From positions 64,916,001 through 64,980,000 of the forward strand of contig NC_086108.1 in NCBI RefSeq assembly GCF_963921235.1: a stretch of 64,000 bases of DNA, written 5' to 3'. This document shows positions 1 to 11,770 of this stretch, piece by piece. Made by a program: the position numbers and the translations under genes. A model generated the notes under the pieces. That model saw only the letters and a program-made list of their open reading frames with translations, made no database searches and was not told the DNA's origin. Every line of letters starts with the position of its first letter. The first letter of the stretch is position 1. The DNA comes from Mobula hypostoma. Taxonomy: Eukaryota.

Positions 1-986
1 ACATTTTACCAGTCAGCCGCCGTATTATCATTTATTTCTGAAGAACTGTCATGTGTTGACACTGTTTTATGAAAAGCTAACATTTTAACATAAATTAACT
101 TTGCAATGAATATAATATAATTCTTTTCACTGAATGCTAAGATTTTGTCTGTGATTGACAGAAACCCATTTAACAAGGCTAAGAGATCAGCAGATGTTCA
201 TAATAGGTTTTCAACTTAACCAATCATCACCCTGTTTGCCAGATAAAATGTGAAGCAACAGTGTAAATTCCTATCACTTTGGATCTTTCATCTCCATCAG
301 TAATAGCACAGTTGGCCAACTCGGTCAATAATCTTTAGAGGTTTATTTTCAATGAGTTCTCAAGCTTGATGCTGTTGTGCCGAGTTCCCCATGTGGAATT
401 TGCCGGCTTCTGTCAGACCTCACAGAAGTTGCTTGACACTCAATATGTTCAGATGATTCAATTCAGCAAAAATAGGTTTCATCTGTATTGTACTGTTTAT
501 ATTCTTTTTCTGTGAAATAGATTCTAAAAGAAACATAAATTATTTAGTTAAAGATCAAAAAGCATCAAACTGTAACAAAATGTTTTAAAAAGAGTAGAAA
601 AAACATTGGAAAAATCTTTTCTGTGAGGAAACAGAACTATAATGCCGTAGTAGAAGAATCAATGATATATTCGAAAATTGAGCTGAACGAGGGTATTCAA
701 CCCTTTAAACTAGATCTGGCATTCAGTATGACCAGCATTGATCTGAATATTACCTTTAAGCATTGGATTTGCTGCAAAGAACTGTAAGCAAATCCTATCC
801 GAGTTGGCATTATTGTTATTACTGATACCACGGCAAGATTCAGACTCTTTTTCATTATAAAGTTATATTTGTTTAATTACAAAAAGACACATTTTCATTG
901 GTTATATTTAAGTTCAATGCAAGAAAACACATTTTCATCTGGAAGCCAGTAAGTAATACTCAGTGGAACTCAAGCATTCTACAAAG

Positions 987-2034
987 GCAGAAGGCAGAGG
1001 GTGGTGGTGGAGGGAGTACATTCAGATTGGAGGATTGTGACTAGTGGTGTCCCACAAGGATCTGTTCTGGAACCCGTACTTTTCGTGATTTTTATTAACG
1101 ACCTGGATGTGGGGGTAGAAGGGTGGGTTGGCAAGTTTGCAGACAACACAAGGGTTGGTGGTGTTGTAGATAGTGTAGAGGATTGTCAAAGATTGCAGAG
1201 AGACATTGATAGGATGCAGAAGTGGGCTAGGAAGTGGCAGATGGAGTTCAACCCGGAGAAGTGTGAGGCGGTACACTTTCAAAGGACAAACTCCAAGGCA
1301 GAGTACAAAGTAAATGGCAGGATACTTGGTAGTGTGGAGGAGCAGAGGGATCTCGGGGTACATGTCCACAGATCCCTGAAAGTTGCCTCACAGGTGGATA
1401 GGGTAGTTAAGAAAGCTTATGGGGTGTTAGCTTTCATAAGTCGAGGGATAGAGTTTAAGAGTCACGTTGTAATGATGCAGCTCTATAAAACTCTGGTTAG
1501 GCCACACTTGGAGTACTGTGTCCAGTTCTGGTCACCTCACTATAGGAAGGATGTGGAAGCATTGGAAAGGGTACAGAGGAGATTTACCAGGATGCTGCCT
1601 GGTTTAGAAAGTATGCATTATGATCAGAGATTAAGGGAGCTAGGGCTTTACTCTTTGGAGAGAAGGAGGATGAGAGGAGACATGATAGAGGTGTACAAGA
1701 TAATAAGAGGAATAGATAGAGTGGATAGCCAGCGCCTCTTCTCCAGGGCACCACTGCTCAATACAAGAGGACATGGCTTTAAGGTAAGGGGTGGGAAGTT
1801 CAAGGGGGATATTAGAGGAAGGTTTTTTACTCAGAGAGTGGTTGGTGCATGGAATGCACTGCCTGAGTCAGTGGTGGAGGCAGATACACTAGTGAAGTTT
1901 AAGAGACTACTAGACAGGTATATGGAGGAATCTAAGGTGGGGGCTTATATGGGAGGCAGGGTTTGAGGGACGGCACAACATTGTGGACCGAAGGGCCTGT
2001 ACTGTGCTGTACTATTCTATGTTCTATGTTCTAT
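987..2034 (+). mobile_element. CR1 LINE, 5'-truncated, relatively young (RT C-terminal half plus 3' UTR)
   Basis: ORF 1001-1966 has GVPQGSVL, KFADN, RPHLEYCVQFWSP, LYSLERRRMRGD and WNALP motifs. (TTCTATG)n tail at 2015-2034. Possible target-site duplication (TSD) TTCTACAAAG (977-986) / TTCTATAAAG (2029-2038). Confidence 0.95.
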
Positions 2035-3317
2035 AAAGTCTAATTTTCATCCATCAGAGGAAACTTCAATTCTCACTCACTTTATTGCCACATGATTAAA
2101 ACCTTGTATATTCACTTTTATAGATCATAACTCCTCAGATGCAATCTCTAGAAAATTAGTGATTATCCCTTGATCCTATGCCATCTTCAGAATCTTGTTC
2201 CTTATCTTGACTTTGGACTCTTCCTTATGGAGTGACTCCAGACCTTTTTATCCTTTTAACTATGATTAGTACAACTTTTAGCTGTCACTGCAATTCACAA
2301 ATAGTTTTTTTTCCCAAGATATTCTAGTCTTTTATTTTGAGCTATCTCAGCATCTGTCCTTTATTGGCACAATAGATTGAGCAATTTGTCAGTATCATGA
2401 ATTATGAAATACCACATTTGAAATTCTGTCATCTTTAGAAGGTTGTGGCTTGGAACGATTTGTTTTCACAGCAAGACATGGCGCAAGAACAAAGCCTTTG
2501 ATGTTATTTTTTACCTTTGTATTTTGAATAGTTACCACTTAATAACTGAACCTTGCATTGTGATCTATCAACAAGTGCATAATCATTACTTCATTGATAT
2601 ACTGGATATACTAATGACGTAATGATATCTATTAGTGCTTCAGATGTGATGGTTTTGGAACCAAATAAGCATTAAAATATTCATCTTTGTTTCACTCAGC
2701 TTTTAACATTTTCTACATCATGATCAAGTTACACATTCACATGCATACTGCTTGTTCCCAGTATAGGTTACATATATTCAAATATTTGTTCCTTCTATGC
2801 CAGTATATTCTCAGTTGTTGGTCAATTGATGATGCCTTTCTTCACCAACTCCCTTTTCATTGACAACTTGTGGATACACTTCCTATGCATATGGCGCTTG
2901 TCAACAAAAACTTCTCTCATTAGAGTCATAGAGTGCTGCAGCACTGAAACAGCCCCAAATAGTCTTTGCCGAACTCTTATGTTCCCTGGTCCCATAAACC
3001 TGCACCTATATCATAACCTCCAAACCCATCCCACTTATGTACCTATCCAAACTTCTCTTAAATATTACAATCAAACACACATCCACTATTTTGGCCAGCT
3101 GCTCATTCCATACTTGCACCACCCTGAGTGAAGAAGTTTTCCTTAAGTAACCTTTCATCTTTAACCCTATGACTCTAGTTGTAGTCACATCCAGTCTCAG
3201 TGGAAAAAGCTTGCTTGCATTTACACTGTCTATACCCCTTATAGTTTTGTATACGTCTATCAAATCTCCCATCATTCTCCTACACTCCAGGAAATAAAGT
3301 CCTAACATATTCAACCT

Positions 3318-3981
3318 ATATGGTGGCATCCGTTAGTCTTGCGAGACCATGGATCTGCGCTTGGAGAGCCTTGCTTCAGTCTGTGTTGGTAGTATAACTG
3401 GTAGACTGCTGCTTTCCGCGTTGTGCCGTCGTGGTGAGGCGACGCTGGAGTGTCCTCTCCAGGGCGCAGGCCTGGGCAAAGTTGTATGGAAGACTGGCAG
3501 TTGCCCATGCTGCAAGTCTCCCCTCTCCACGACACCGATATTGTCCAAGGAAAGGGCAAGGGCCGATACAGCTTGGCACCAGTGATGTCGCAGGAGTTGC
3601 CAGAATGAGGTTGAAGACAACGTCAGACTGCTTTAGGAACTCCAGCTCCGGATTTGTCCTCAAGGTTTACTCCCGAAGCCTTTCCCATGAGTGGGTATGG
3701 CTGCAAGGCAGCGGTGGTTTGAAATCAGAGTTTCCCCTCTCTTAGATGGACTGCCTTTCCAGGCTGACGAGCTCCATCTACCCAAAGCACTGGTTTTAAG
3801 GCACCAGGACCCGCCTTCGCCCCTTCTCCAGTCAGTAGAAACAGTTCCACTAGTCTTAGAGGCTAAGCCACATGAGAAGGCCAGGAGGTGGACTTAGTCG
3901 TCAGAGGCTATTTGAGGTGCATGCCGTGAGGAGCACTTTTAGGTAGTGGGAGCTTGTCCCCACTACCACTCCTCAGCTTGA
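3318..3981 (-). mobile_element. Non-autonomous RTE-clade derivative (5' UTR joined to 3' tail), nested in CR1
   Basis: Element strand carries an RTE-type 5' UTR motif (GGCAGTCCATCTAAGAGAGGGGAAACTCTGATTTCAAACC) and an RTE-type 3' end (GCGCAGATCCATGGTCTCGCAAGACTAACGGATGCCA). No RT. Short TSD CAACCT at 3312-3317 and 3982-3987. Confidence 0.7.
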
Positions 3982-4509
3982 CAACCTTTTACTGTTAATC
4001 TTTTACTGTAACTCAAGTCCTGGCAACATTCTTGTAACTTTTCTCTCCACCCTTTCAATTTTATTGAAATCTTTTCTGTAGGTCGTTAGCCAGAACTGCA
4101 CACAATACTCCAGATTTTGTCTCAGCGACATCTTATGCAACTACAACATAACATCCCATCTACTGTGCTAAATACATTGATTTCTGAAGGCCTGTGTGCC
4201 AAAACCTCCTTTTATGACTCTATCCACCTATGGCACCACTTTCAAGGAATTTTGGATCTGTATTCCCAGATTCCTCTGTACTGCTGCACTACAGTTCACT
4301 ATATAAGTCCCACTCTGGTTTGACCTCCCAAAGAACAACAGCTCACACTTGCCTGGATTAAATTCCATCTGCCATTTTTCAGCCCATTTTTGCAGCAGGT
4401 TTCAGATCATGCTGCAAGTTTTAATAGCCTTCCTTGCTGCCCACTAAGTTTCCAGTTGTGATGTCATCTGCAAATTTGCTGATCCAATCGACCACATTAT
4501 CATCTAAAT

Positions 4510-4703
4510 CAGAGGTGGCCAACCCTTTACATTCCATGCGTCAATTTTTTCACTCACGAGTTCGGATGTGCGGTACAACTCTTGTACCCCCATTCAATTC
4601 TTGTAAAAATATGTTAATATAGAACTCGTGCGTGAAAAAATCGCATCTGAACTCGTGCGTGGAAAAAATTGACGCATGGAATGTAAAAGGTTGGCCACCC
4701 CTG
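4510..4703. mobile_element. hAT (Charlie-like) MITE, 194 bp
   Basis: Terminal inverted repeats (TIRs) of about 60 bp starting CAGAGGTGGCCAACC and ending GGTTGGCCACCCCTG. 8-bp TSD ATCTAAAT (4502-4509) / ATCTAGAT (4704-4711), matching the Charlie nTCTAGAn target. Confidence 0.92.
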
Positions 4704-5350
4704 ATCTAGATTGTTACTTTAGATGACAAACAACTATGGACCAACCTCCAATCCCTGGGCATACCACGAGTCACATGTCTCCATTCAGAGAAGCAACCAT
4801 CTATTACCACTCTCTGATATCTCTTGGAAGCCAGATTCGAATCTAATTTACTACCTCATCATGAATGCCAAGTGACGGAACCTTCTTGACCAGCCTCCTA
4901 TGTGGGACTTTTTCAAAGGCCTTGCTAAAGTCCAATAGACAACATCCACTGCCTTCCCTTCATCAACTTTCCTGGTAACCTTCTCAAAAACAGAGATTAA
5001 GACACATTGATTAGCCTTTGTTGATTATCCCTAATCAGGTCCTGTCTATCCAAATACTTACAATATATCTCTGGTTCCTTGGAATATCTTCCAATAACTT
5101 ACCCACCACTGACTTCAGACTCACCAACTTATAATTTCCCGATTTATTCTTTGAGTCTTTGTTAAACAACAGAACAACATTAGCTATTTTTCAGTCTTCT
5201 TGCACCTCGCCCATGGCTAAGACAATTACAAATACCTCAGCCAGGGTCCCTGCAACATCTGCACTAGCCTCACACAATGTTCAAGGGAGCACCTTATCAG
5301 GCCCTGGAGTTCTATCCATCCTAATTTTCCTCAAAAGAGCAAGCATCCCC

Positions 5351-5948
5351 ACACATTTTAATTCCACATCCCATTCCCATTCTGACATGTCTATCCACGG
5401 CCTCCTCTACTGTAAAAATGAAGCCGCACTCAGGTTGGAGGAACAACACCTTATATTCCGTCTGGGTAGCCTCCAACCTGATGGCATGAACATTGACTTC
5501 TCTAACTTCCGCTAATGCCCCACCTCCCCCTCGTACCCCATCTGTTATTTATTTTTGTACACACATTCTTTCTCTCACTCTCCTTTTTCTCCCTCTGTCC
5601 CTCTGAATATACCCCTTGCCCATCCTCTGGGTTCCCCCCCGTCCTTGTCTTTCTTCCCGGACCTCCTGTCCCATGATCCTCTTGTATCCCTTTTGCCTAT
5701 CACCTGTCCAGCTCTCGGCTCTATCCCTCCCCCTCCTGTCTTCTCCTATTATTTTGGATCTCCCCCTCCCCCTCCCCCTCCCACTTTCAAATGTCTTACT
5801 CACTCTTCCTTCAGTTAGTCCTGACGAAGGGTCTTGGCCTGAAACGTCGACTGCACCTCTTCCTAGAGATGCTGCCTGGCCTGCTGCATTCACCAGCAAC
5901 TTTTATGTGTGTTGCTTGAATTTCCAGCATCTGCAGAATTCCTGTTGT
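5351..5948 (+). mobile_element. Penelope-like element 3' end (GIY-YIG C-terminus plus pseudo-LTR), nested in CR1
   Basis: Encodes HFNSTSHSHSDMSIHGLLYCKNEAALRLEEQHLIFRLGSLQPDGMNIDFSNFR*, then a pyrimidine-rich UTR and a hammerhead motif. Perfect 10-bp TSD AAGCATCCCC at 5341-5350 and 5949-5958. Confidence 0.92.
5817..5852 (+). ncRNA. Minimal hammerhead ribozyme motif of the Penelope-like pseudo-LTR
   Basis: AGTC-CTGACGA-AGGGTCTTGGCCT-GAAAC-GTC-GACT. Core boxes CUGANGA and GAAA are intact, stem I is AGUC/GACU, stem II is short, stem III is a vestigial ACGU palindrome. Predicted cleavage after GUC at 5848. Confidence 0.75.
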
Positions 5949-6554
5949 AAGCATCCCCTCTTCTGTCTTCTGATTAAATACAAATGGAAAAAATTCCATT
6001 TTAGAACTCCCCCATCTCTTTTTAGCTCCACTCATAGAATGACCACGCTGATTCAGAAGTAGATCAACTTTGTCCATTGCTACTGTCTTAACATATCTGT
6101 AGATACCTTTGAGATTCTTCTTCCACTTGTCCGCTAGGGCATCCTCGTGCCTTCTTTTAGCCCTCCTGATTTTCTTCATACGTGTTCTCTTTCATTTCTT
6201 ATACTCCTCAAGAGCCTTATTAGTTCTTTGCTGCTTATACCTGTTATGCACCTCCTTCTTCTTAACCAAGGCTTCAATATCTCTTGAAAAACAAAGTTCC
6301 CTGAACCTGTTATCCCTGTCTTTTATTCTAACAGGAACACACAAACTCTGTACTCTCAAAAATTTCTCTTTTGAAGGCCTGCCTTTGCCAGATAACAGTC
6401 TATCCCAATCCACACTTGCCAGATCTTTTCTGATGTCATCAAAATTGCCTTTTCCCCAATTTAGAATCTGAACCCAAAGACCAATCATGTTCTTCTCTAT
6501 ACTTATCATGAATTATTAATCCAAGCTGTTCCCTGCACACACTTCAGAAGAATG

Positions 6555-6935
6555 GATGGTGGCTCTATTGAGGCATATAAGATCCTAAGGGGACATGATA
6601 AGGAAAATGCTGTGATATTCTTATTAGTGAGAGAGTCTCAAGCAAAGAGACATTGTTACAAGATAATGGACTGGCCACCAAAAACAGGGGTTCATAGAAA
6701 TTTATTTCTTGCAAAGGGTGGTGAATATTTGGATTTCTTTTTACCTCCGAGGGCTGTGGAGGCTATATCTTTAGAAGCATGTAATGTAGAGATTGATAAA
6801 ACTTTTAAAGATCAGAGAATTCAGGTCTGTGGGGAACCAGCACAGAAGAAGAGTTCAGGGCAGTATGGATCAGCCATAATCGTATGGAATAGTGGGGCTG
6901 GCTTGAGGGACCAAGTGAGCTACTCCCACTCTTAG
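6555..6935 (+). mobile_element. Old CR1 3' fragment
   Basis: IEAYKILRGHDK...RAVEA-like peptide followed by a CR1-type 3' UTR. Confidence 0.75.
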
Positions 6936-7123
6936 TGTATAGTTCCTGGAGAGCTATACTCTTCTTCAGTTTTAAATCCTTAAAACCAGATGTCTGGGGC
7001 TGTAACCATTCTTGTCCTTCAACACATTTGCAGACTTGTTTTAAATTATATCCTGGACATTTTTACAACTTTTCAAAATAACACACACACACATATATAT
7101 ATGTGTATATATACACACATAGT

Positions 7124-7680
7124 TGTTCGTCCATCGCCAGCGTCGATGAAGACCTCGACACCATTAGTGATAATGGTGTCGGGACCAGCGCTTGATTTGG
7201 ATTTAAGTGAGGGAGAGTTGCGCTGCGTCAACCTCATTCTCCCTTCCAGGTTCCCATCTGGATCCATGGCAAGACAAGAGTTGAGATGGCTGGAGATGGG
7301 ACTAGGCGCAGTGGATGACCAGGACATCTACTGTGTCATGTAGCTCTACACTTCCACGACGTGCTGAGACTGCGTTTTTGATCGTTGGACCTTCCGTTGG
7401 TCTCGTCAGCTCAATCCGCTGGAGTTTGTCTTCACATGCTGGGAGAGACAACTCCCTGTCTCACCGAGGGTCTGAGACCCATCAGCTACCCTCACCTAGT
7501 TTAGCCGGCTTGTCGAAGCTGTTGCTCGGGTGTGGCCGCTATCGCATGCAAACTGCTACGGGGAGCCACAGGTGAGAGCTAGGTGCCAGGTGGGGACCAA
7601 AGGTGGACTAACCACCTTGAAAAAGACGCGACATGTTCCCCCACCAGAGGTGCTACCCCTCCCTCACACCCCATACACCC
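7124..7680 (-). mobile_element. Non-autonomous RTE-clade derivative resembling marsupial MAR1/RTE elements
   Basis: Perfect 10-bp TSD CACACATAGT at 7114-7123 and 7681-7690. CpG-rich body, element 3' end GGACGAACA(AC), and a TTGGATTTAAGTGAGGGAGAG...CTGGAGATGG...GCAGTGGATGACC segment recalled from MAR1-type elements. Confidence 0.72.
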
Positions 7681-8430
7681 CACACATAGTATAAATGTGC
7701 TCAAAGCATTAATAATCCTGACAAAAGTATTTCACAGCCACAACTTTCATTTCTTAAACGCCTTTAATATAATAATGTTTTGCGAGTGCCTCATAATAAC
7801 ATAATCAGTCGACGACTGACTTTGAAGCAAGAGAAGTATCATTTGATAGGTGACCAAGGAGGTTGTAAAATAGACAGAAATTAAGCAAAAACTTGATTAG
7901 TGCAAAAAATAGTGTATACTTTTATTTGTGCACACCTTTGAATTTGGTAAGCTGATTTCAATAACATTAGTCAAAGGAAATCTCTGCAACCAGGCATAAT
8001 CTATACTTTGAGCATATATGAGCATTTAGCACTAGTCACCTGCAACAATTACACCACAATATATTAATGATGGAAATGTATTCCTTAAGGGAGGAAAAGG
8101 AAAGAAAAACTGGGCTTTAACAATGATATTTTAGAGGTAAGGGTTTGACGTCATGGGTAGAACAAAGGAAATGGGGCAGGCAGAAAAGTCCAGAATTGCA
8201 GGAATGCAGACTTTTTGCCATGTTTTAGGGATGGCTGGAGTTACAATGAAGAAGAAAAGTCATGGACATTGAATGTGAAGGTGAAAGATTTGAAAACTAA
8301 GCATATGTTGACTGTAAACAGACAGAGGTTTGGAGAATGGGAATGATTAAATCAGTGCACGTTAGGATAGCGTTGTATGGAGGAGATTACTGTTCTCCAT
8401 GTGTGCATCAAATGTTTAAGTTAGTCAAAT

Positions 8431-8730
8431 GCAGCACAATGGCACATTTAGTGAATGCTACTGTCATGCAGATCCAACGATCCAGATTCAATAGTGCCCG
8501 CCAGTGTAGCATGTGTGGATTTTGCATGTACTACCTGTAGCTGCATGTGTTTCTCTGGATGCTCTTGTGCCAAGAACATGCTGTTTTGAAAGTTTTTAGG
8601 CTAATGTAAATTACCCCAAGTGTAAGAGGTGGCAGGAGAATCGGGGGAAGGTTAGATGGGAATGCAAGAGGGAAAAAATTGACATTGAACATGGGTGCTT
8701 AATAGTGAGCAATGGCCCTGTTTCTATATC
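8431..8730 (+). mobile_element. Decayed HE1-like V-SINE
   Basis: tRNA-like head followed by a degenerate V-domain (TGTGTGGATTTTGCATGTACTACCTGTAGCTGCATGTGTTTCTCTGGATGCTC) and TGTAAATTACCCC. Confidence 0.6.
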
Positions 8731-9244
8731 CATATTATTCTGTTTCAATAAGCATTGAAATTATTATACCAATCCCTGTCCTTGACCCATGTCTACGTAC
8801 AACTTTATGTGAAGTAATTATCTCCTGTTGGTGATGCAACAATCAAAGTTTCCACTACTAGATGTTCCACGGAAGTTTGTAGTCTTAAATCATGTTAAGC
8901 AGGAAGTATAGCTTTGGGCATAGGTTACCCCAGTTCTGTCTGAAATACAAAAGAGCAGCAGAATATTGAATGCAATATGTCATCAGTGCAAATTTCTCAC
9001 TCTTATGCAATAATCTTAAAACCTTTTGCAAAAAAAAAGCCCTTCCATAAAGCTGACCATGTATTGAAGGGGAATTGATCTAAGATGGGAATTTCCTTCA
9101 ATGTGCGCTTATTTGCTGACTTTAAAGTAGGCTCCAAAAATTAAGCTGATTCATTTAGGAAAAATAAGACTATCAAGTACATTTTAATATTTTTTAATTT
9201 TTGGAGAAAATTAAAAATTTTTGGAAAATATTTTAAAATTATTG

Positions 9245-9725
9245 TACATCTACATGAAACACTGTCGCAGGAAAGCAGCCTCCATCATTAGGGACTGCCA
9301 CCACTCAGGAAATGCTTTCTTCTTGCTGCTACCATCAGGAAGAAGGTGCAGGACCCTCAGGACCCATGCCACCAGATTCAGGAATAGTTATTACCCCGCA
9401 ACCATCAGGCTCTTGAACCAAAGGGAATAACTTCACTCAACTTCACTCGCCCCATTATTGAAACGTTCCCACTACCACTGTTCCCACTCTCAAGGACGTT
9501 TCATCTCATGTTCTTGATATTTGTTGCTTATTTATTTATTATTATTACTTCTCTCTTTTTGTAATAATACTCTGGTTGACCACCCAAGGTGGGCAGTCTT
9601 TCATTGATTCTGTTATTGTTATTATTCTATAGATTTATTGAGTATGCCCACAAGAAAATGAATCTCAGGGTTGTATATGATTACCTATATGTACTTTGAT
9701 AACAAATTTACTTGGAACATTGAAT
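9245..9725 (+). mobile_element. Rex1/Babar-like LINE 3' fragment
   Basis: CRRKAASIIRD..H...FFLLLPSGRR.RTLRTHATRFRNSYYPATIRLLN peptide, then a 3' UTR ending in an ACTTGGAACATTGA-type tail. Confidence 0.85.
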
Positions 9726-10394
9726 TTAGGTTCCAAATAGTTGTATAATTCAATAATTTAAAATTGGCTTGCTTAAAGGGGCTATAATTTAAAGTACTTA
9801 CAACTTTTAGTTGTGTTAATAAACCTGTACAATTACTACTCTTTGATAGATTAAGGAATATATTTTAAAGCATTTTAAAATGTAGTGTTTTAAGATTGCA
9901 TGGAGCACAAGGGGTGATAAAATGAACACTTCCCAAAACTAGTGCAATTTTAAGTGAAATTCACAGGAGAATCCCATTACTTTGGAATTCAAGCACTTAT
10001 TGCTGCTTTTTTCCATATAGTATATTTAAAAATCTTTGTGCTCCAGAATGAAATGTGATAATGATCATTTCCATGTGGTTTTTGGCAATCTGGAAATTCG
10101 ATTGGGCTTTTGTGCTGCTGAGTTAGTCTGCACAGTATGACATCATTATCTTGGTAATGATTCTTTTAGAGCATTACAGGGAAAAGGAAAATGTTGTCTT
10201 GGGAACAATCATCGTTCACTCAGACAACTTGATCTTCCTTTTGCAGTGCTAGACAGGGGCCTCAAACTGTAGACCTATTCCTGCATTACACTGACAATCC
10301 TTCCCACCCCCCCCCCCGCTTCCCCTGATAACAAAGTAGGGAAGTTATGACTCTTCATTAAAACATAAGGTTATGAGGGGTCTTGGTTGGTCCA

Positions 10395-11770
10395 GGAGAT
10401 TAGAGACTATAGGATCCAGAGCAGAGTTCCAAATTGGCTTGCTAATAGTAGGCACTGTGGTGGTGGACAGTTGCTTTTCAGACTGGAAGCCTGTGACAAG
10501 TGATGTACCAGAAAGATTGGTGTTCCATGGTCTAGTGTTCCATGGTGTTTGTAATATACATTAATGGCTTGGTTGACCACGTGGATGACATGAGCATTTC
10601 TGATGTTGTAGATGGCAGTTATTTAAGGCTACAGCATGATATAGATCAGCCAGAAAGTTGGATGGTGCAATGGGAAATGAAATTTAATCCTGAGAAATGC
10701 AAGATGATGTATTTTGGGAAGGTAAAGACAGCTAGTACAGAGTAAATGGTATGGCCCTATGCACCGTGGATGAACAAAGAGTCCTTGGAGTTCAAGACCA
10801 TAGATCCCTCAAAGTTGCAGTATAGTTTGATAAGATGGCGAAGAAGGCATATGGAAAGCTCACCTTCCTTGGCTGTGGCATAGAATGTAAGAACTGGGAT
10901 GTCATATAAACCTTTATAAACTTTTTTTAGGCCACACCTGGAACATCGGGTGCAGTTCTGATCGTTACAGGAAGGATGTGCTTGCACCAGAGTGGACGCA
11001 CAGGAAATTCACCAGGATGTCACCTGGATTGGTGCATTACAGTTATAAGAAGAGACAGGATAGAATAGTTTGTTTTTCCTGGAGCAGAGCAGGCTGAGCA
11101 TTGGCCCATTATATGAAATTTTAGAGGGATAGCTAGGATAAATTTGATGATCCTTTTCCCTGGTGAGATGTCTAAGACAATATGGCATAGATTTACTTGA
11201 GAGATAGGATGTTTAGAGGAGATATGGGAGGGACTTCTTTACTCACAAAAGTTGGTTAGAGTCTAGAATGCCTTGTCAGTGGAGCTGGTGGGGCAGATGT
11301 TCTCAAGGCATTTAAGAAACTTGAATTACATTTAAGATCTTGAATTGCCAAGGCTAAAAGGCTCTGGACTTTATGCATAAGTAGGATTAGTGAGATGGAT
11401 ACAATAGGCTGCAAGGATATCTTGAACTAAGAGCTCTTTTTCTACGTAATACAACTCTATGACAGGATGGATGTGAAAAGGTTATTTCCTCTTGTGGGAG
11501 AATCTAAAACCAAGGATCACTATTTAAAAGTAAGCAATCATCTATTTGTGCCAGACCTAAAGTGAATTCTTTACTTTCAGGAACTCAGGAATCTTTCGAA
11601 GTCACTTTATCAGAGGGAGGCAGAAGCAGAGTCTAATTATGTTTATGACAGAGGTAGACTGATTCTGGATAAGACAAAGTTGAAAGAATGTGGTGTATAG
11701 ACATTAATGCAATGTAATTAGTAGAATCAATTCAGTCATGATCTTGACTGATGGACCAGCTTCTGTTGAA
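10395..11770 (+). mobile_element. Old CR1 RT-to-3' fragment plus a second adjacent CR1 tail
   Basis: Degenerate DWKPVTSDVP and WEMKFNPEKCK peptides and CR1 3' UTR sequence, with many stops and frameshifts. Confidence 0.8.

Larger units (their letters stand above)
2921..6510 (-). mobile_element. Decayed CR1 LINE interrupted by three nested insertions
   Basis: Minus-strand ORF pieces 3006-3329 (GLYFLECRRMMGDL), 5811-6179 and 6192-6509 (LNWGKGNFDDIRKDL) are CR1 ORF2. The sequence resumes colinearly after each insertion. Confidence 0.9.

Noticed and set aside
1001..1966. 321-aa ORF as a functional reverse transcriptase
   Set aside because: 5'-truncated CR1 lacking the endonuclease and RT N-terminus. 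The catalytic FADD motif reads FADN and the start codon is GTG.
5159..5515. 118-aa ORF as a novel gene
   Set aside because: It is a chance fusion of antisense CR1 sequence with the Penelope GIY-YIG C-terminus across the insertion junction at 5350.
7381..7410. Hammerhead-like motif on the minus strand (CTGACGA-GACC-AACGGAA-GGTC-CAAC)
   Set aside because: The essential GAAA box reads CAAC and there are no convincing stems I and III; likely coincidental.
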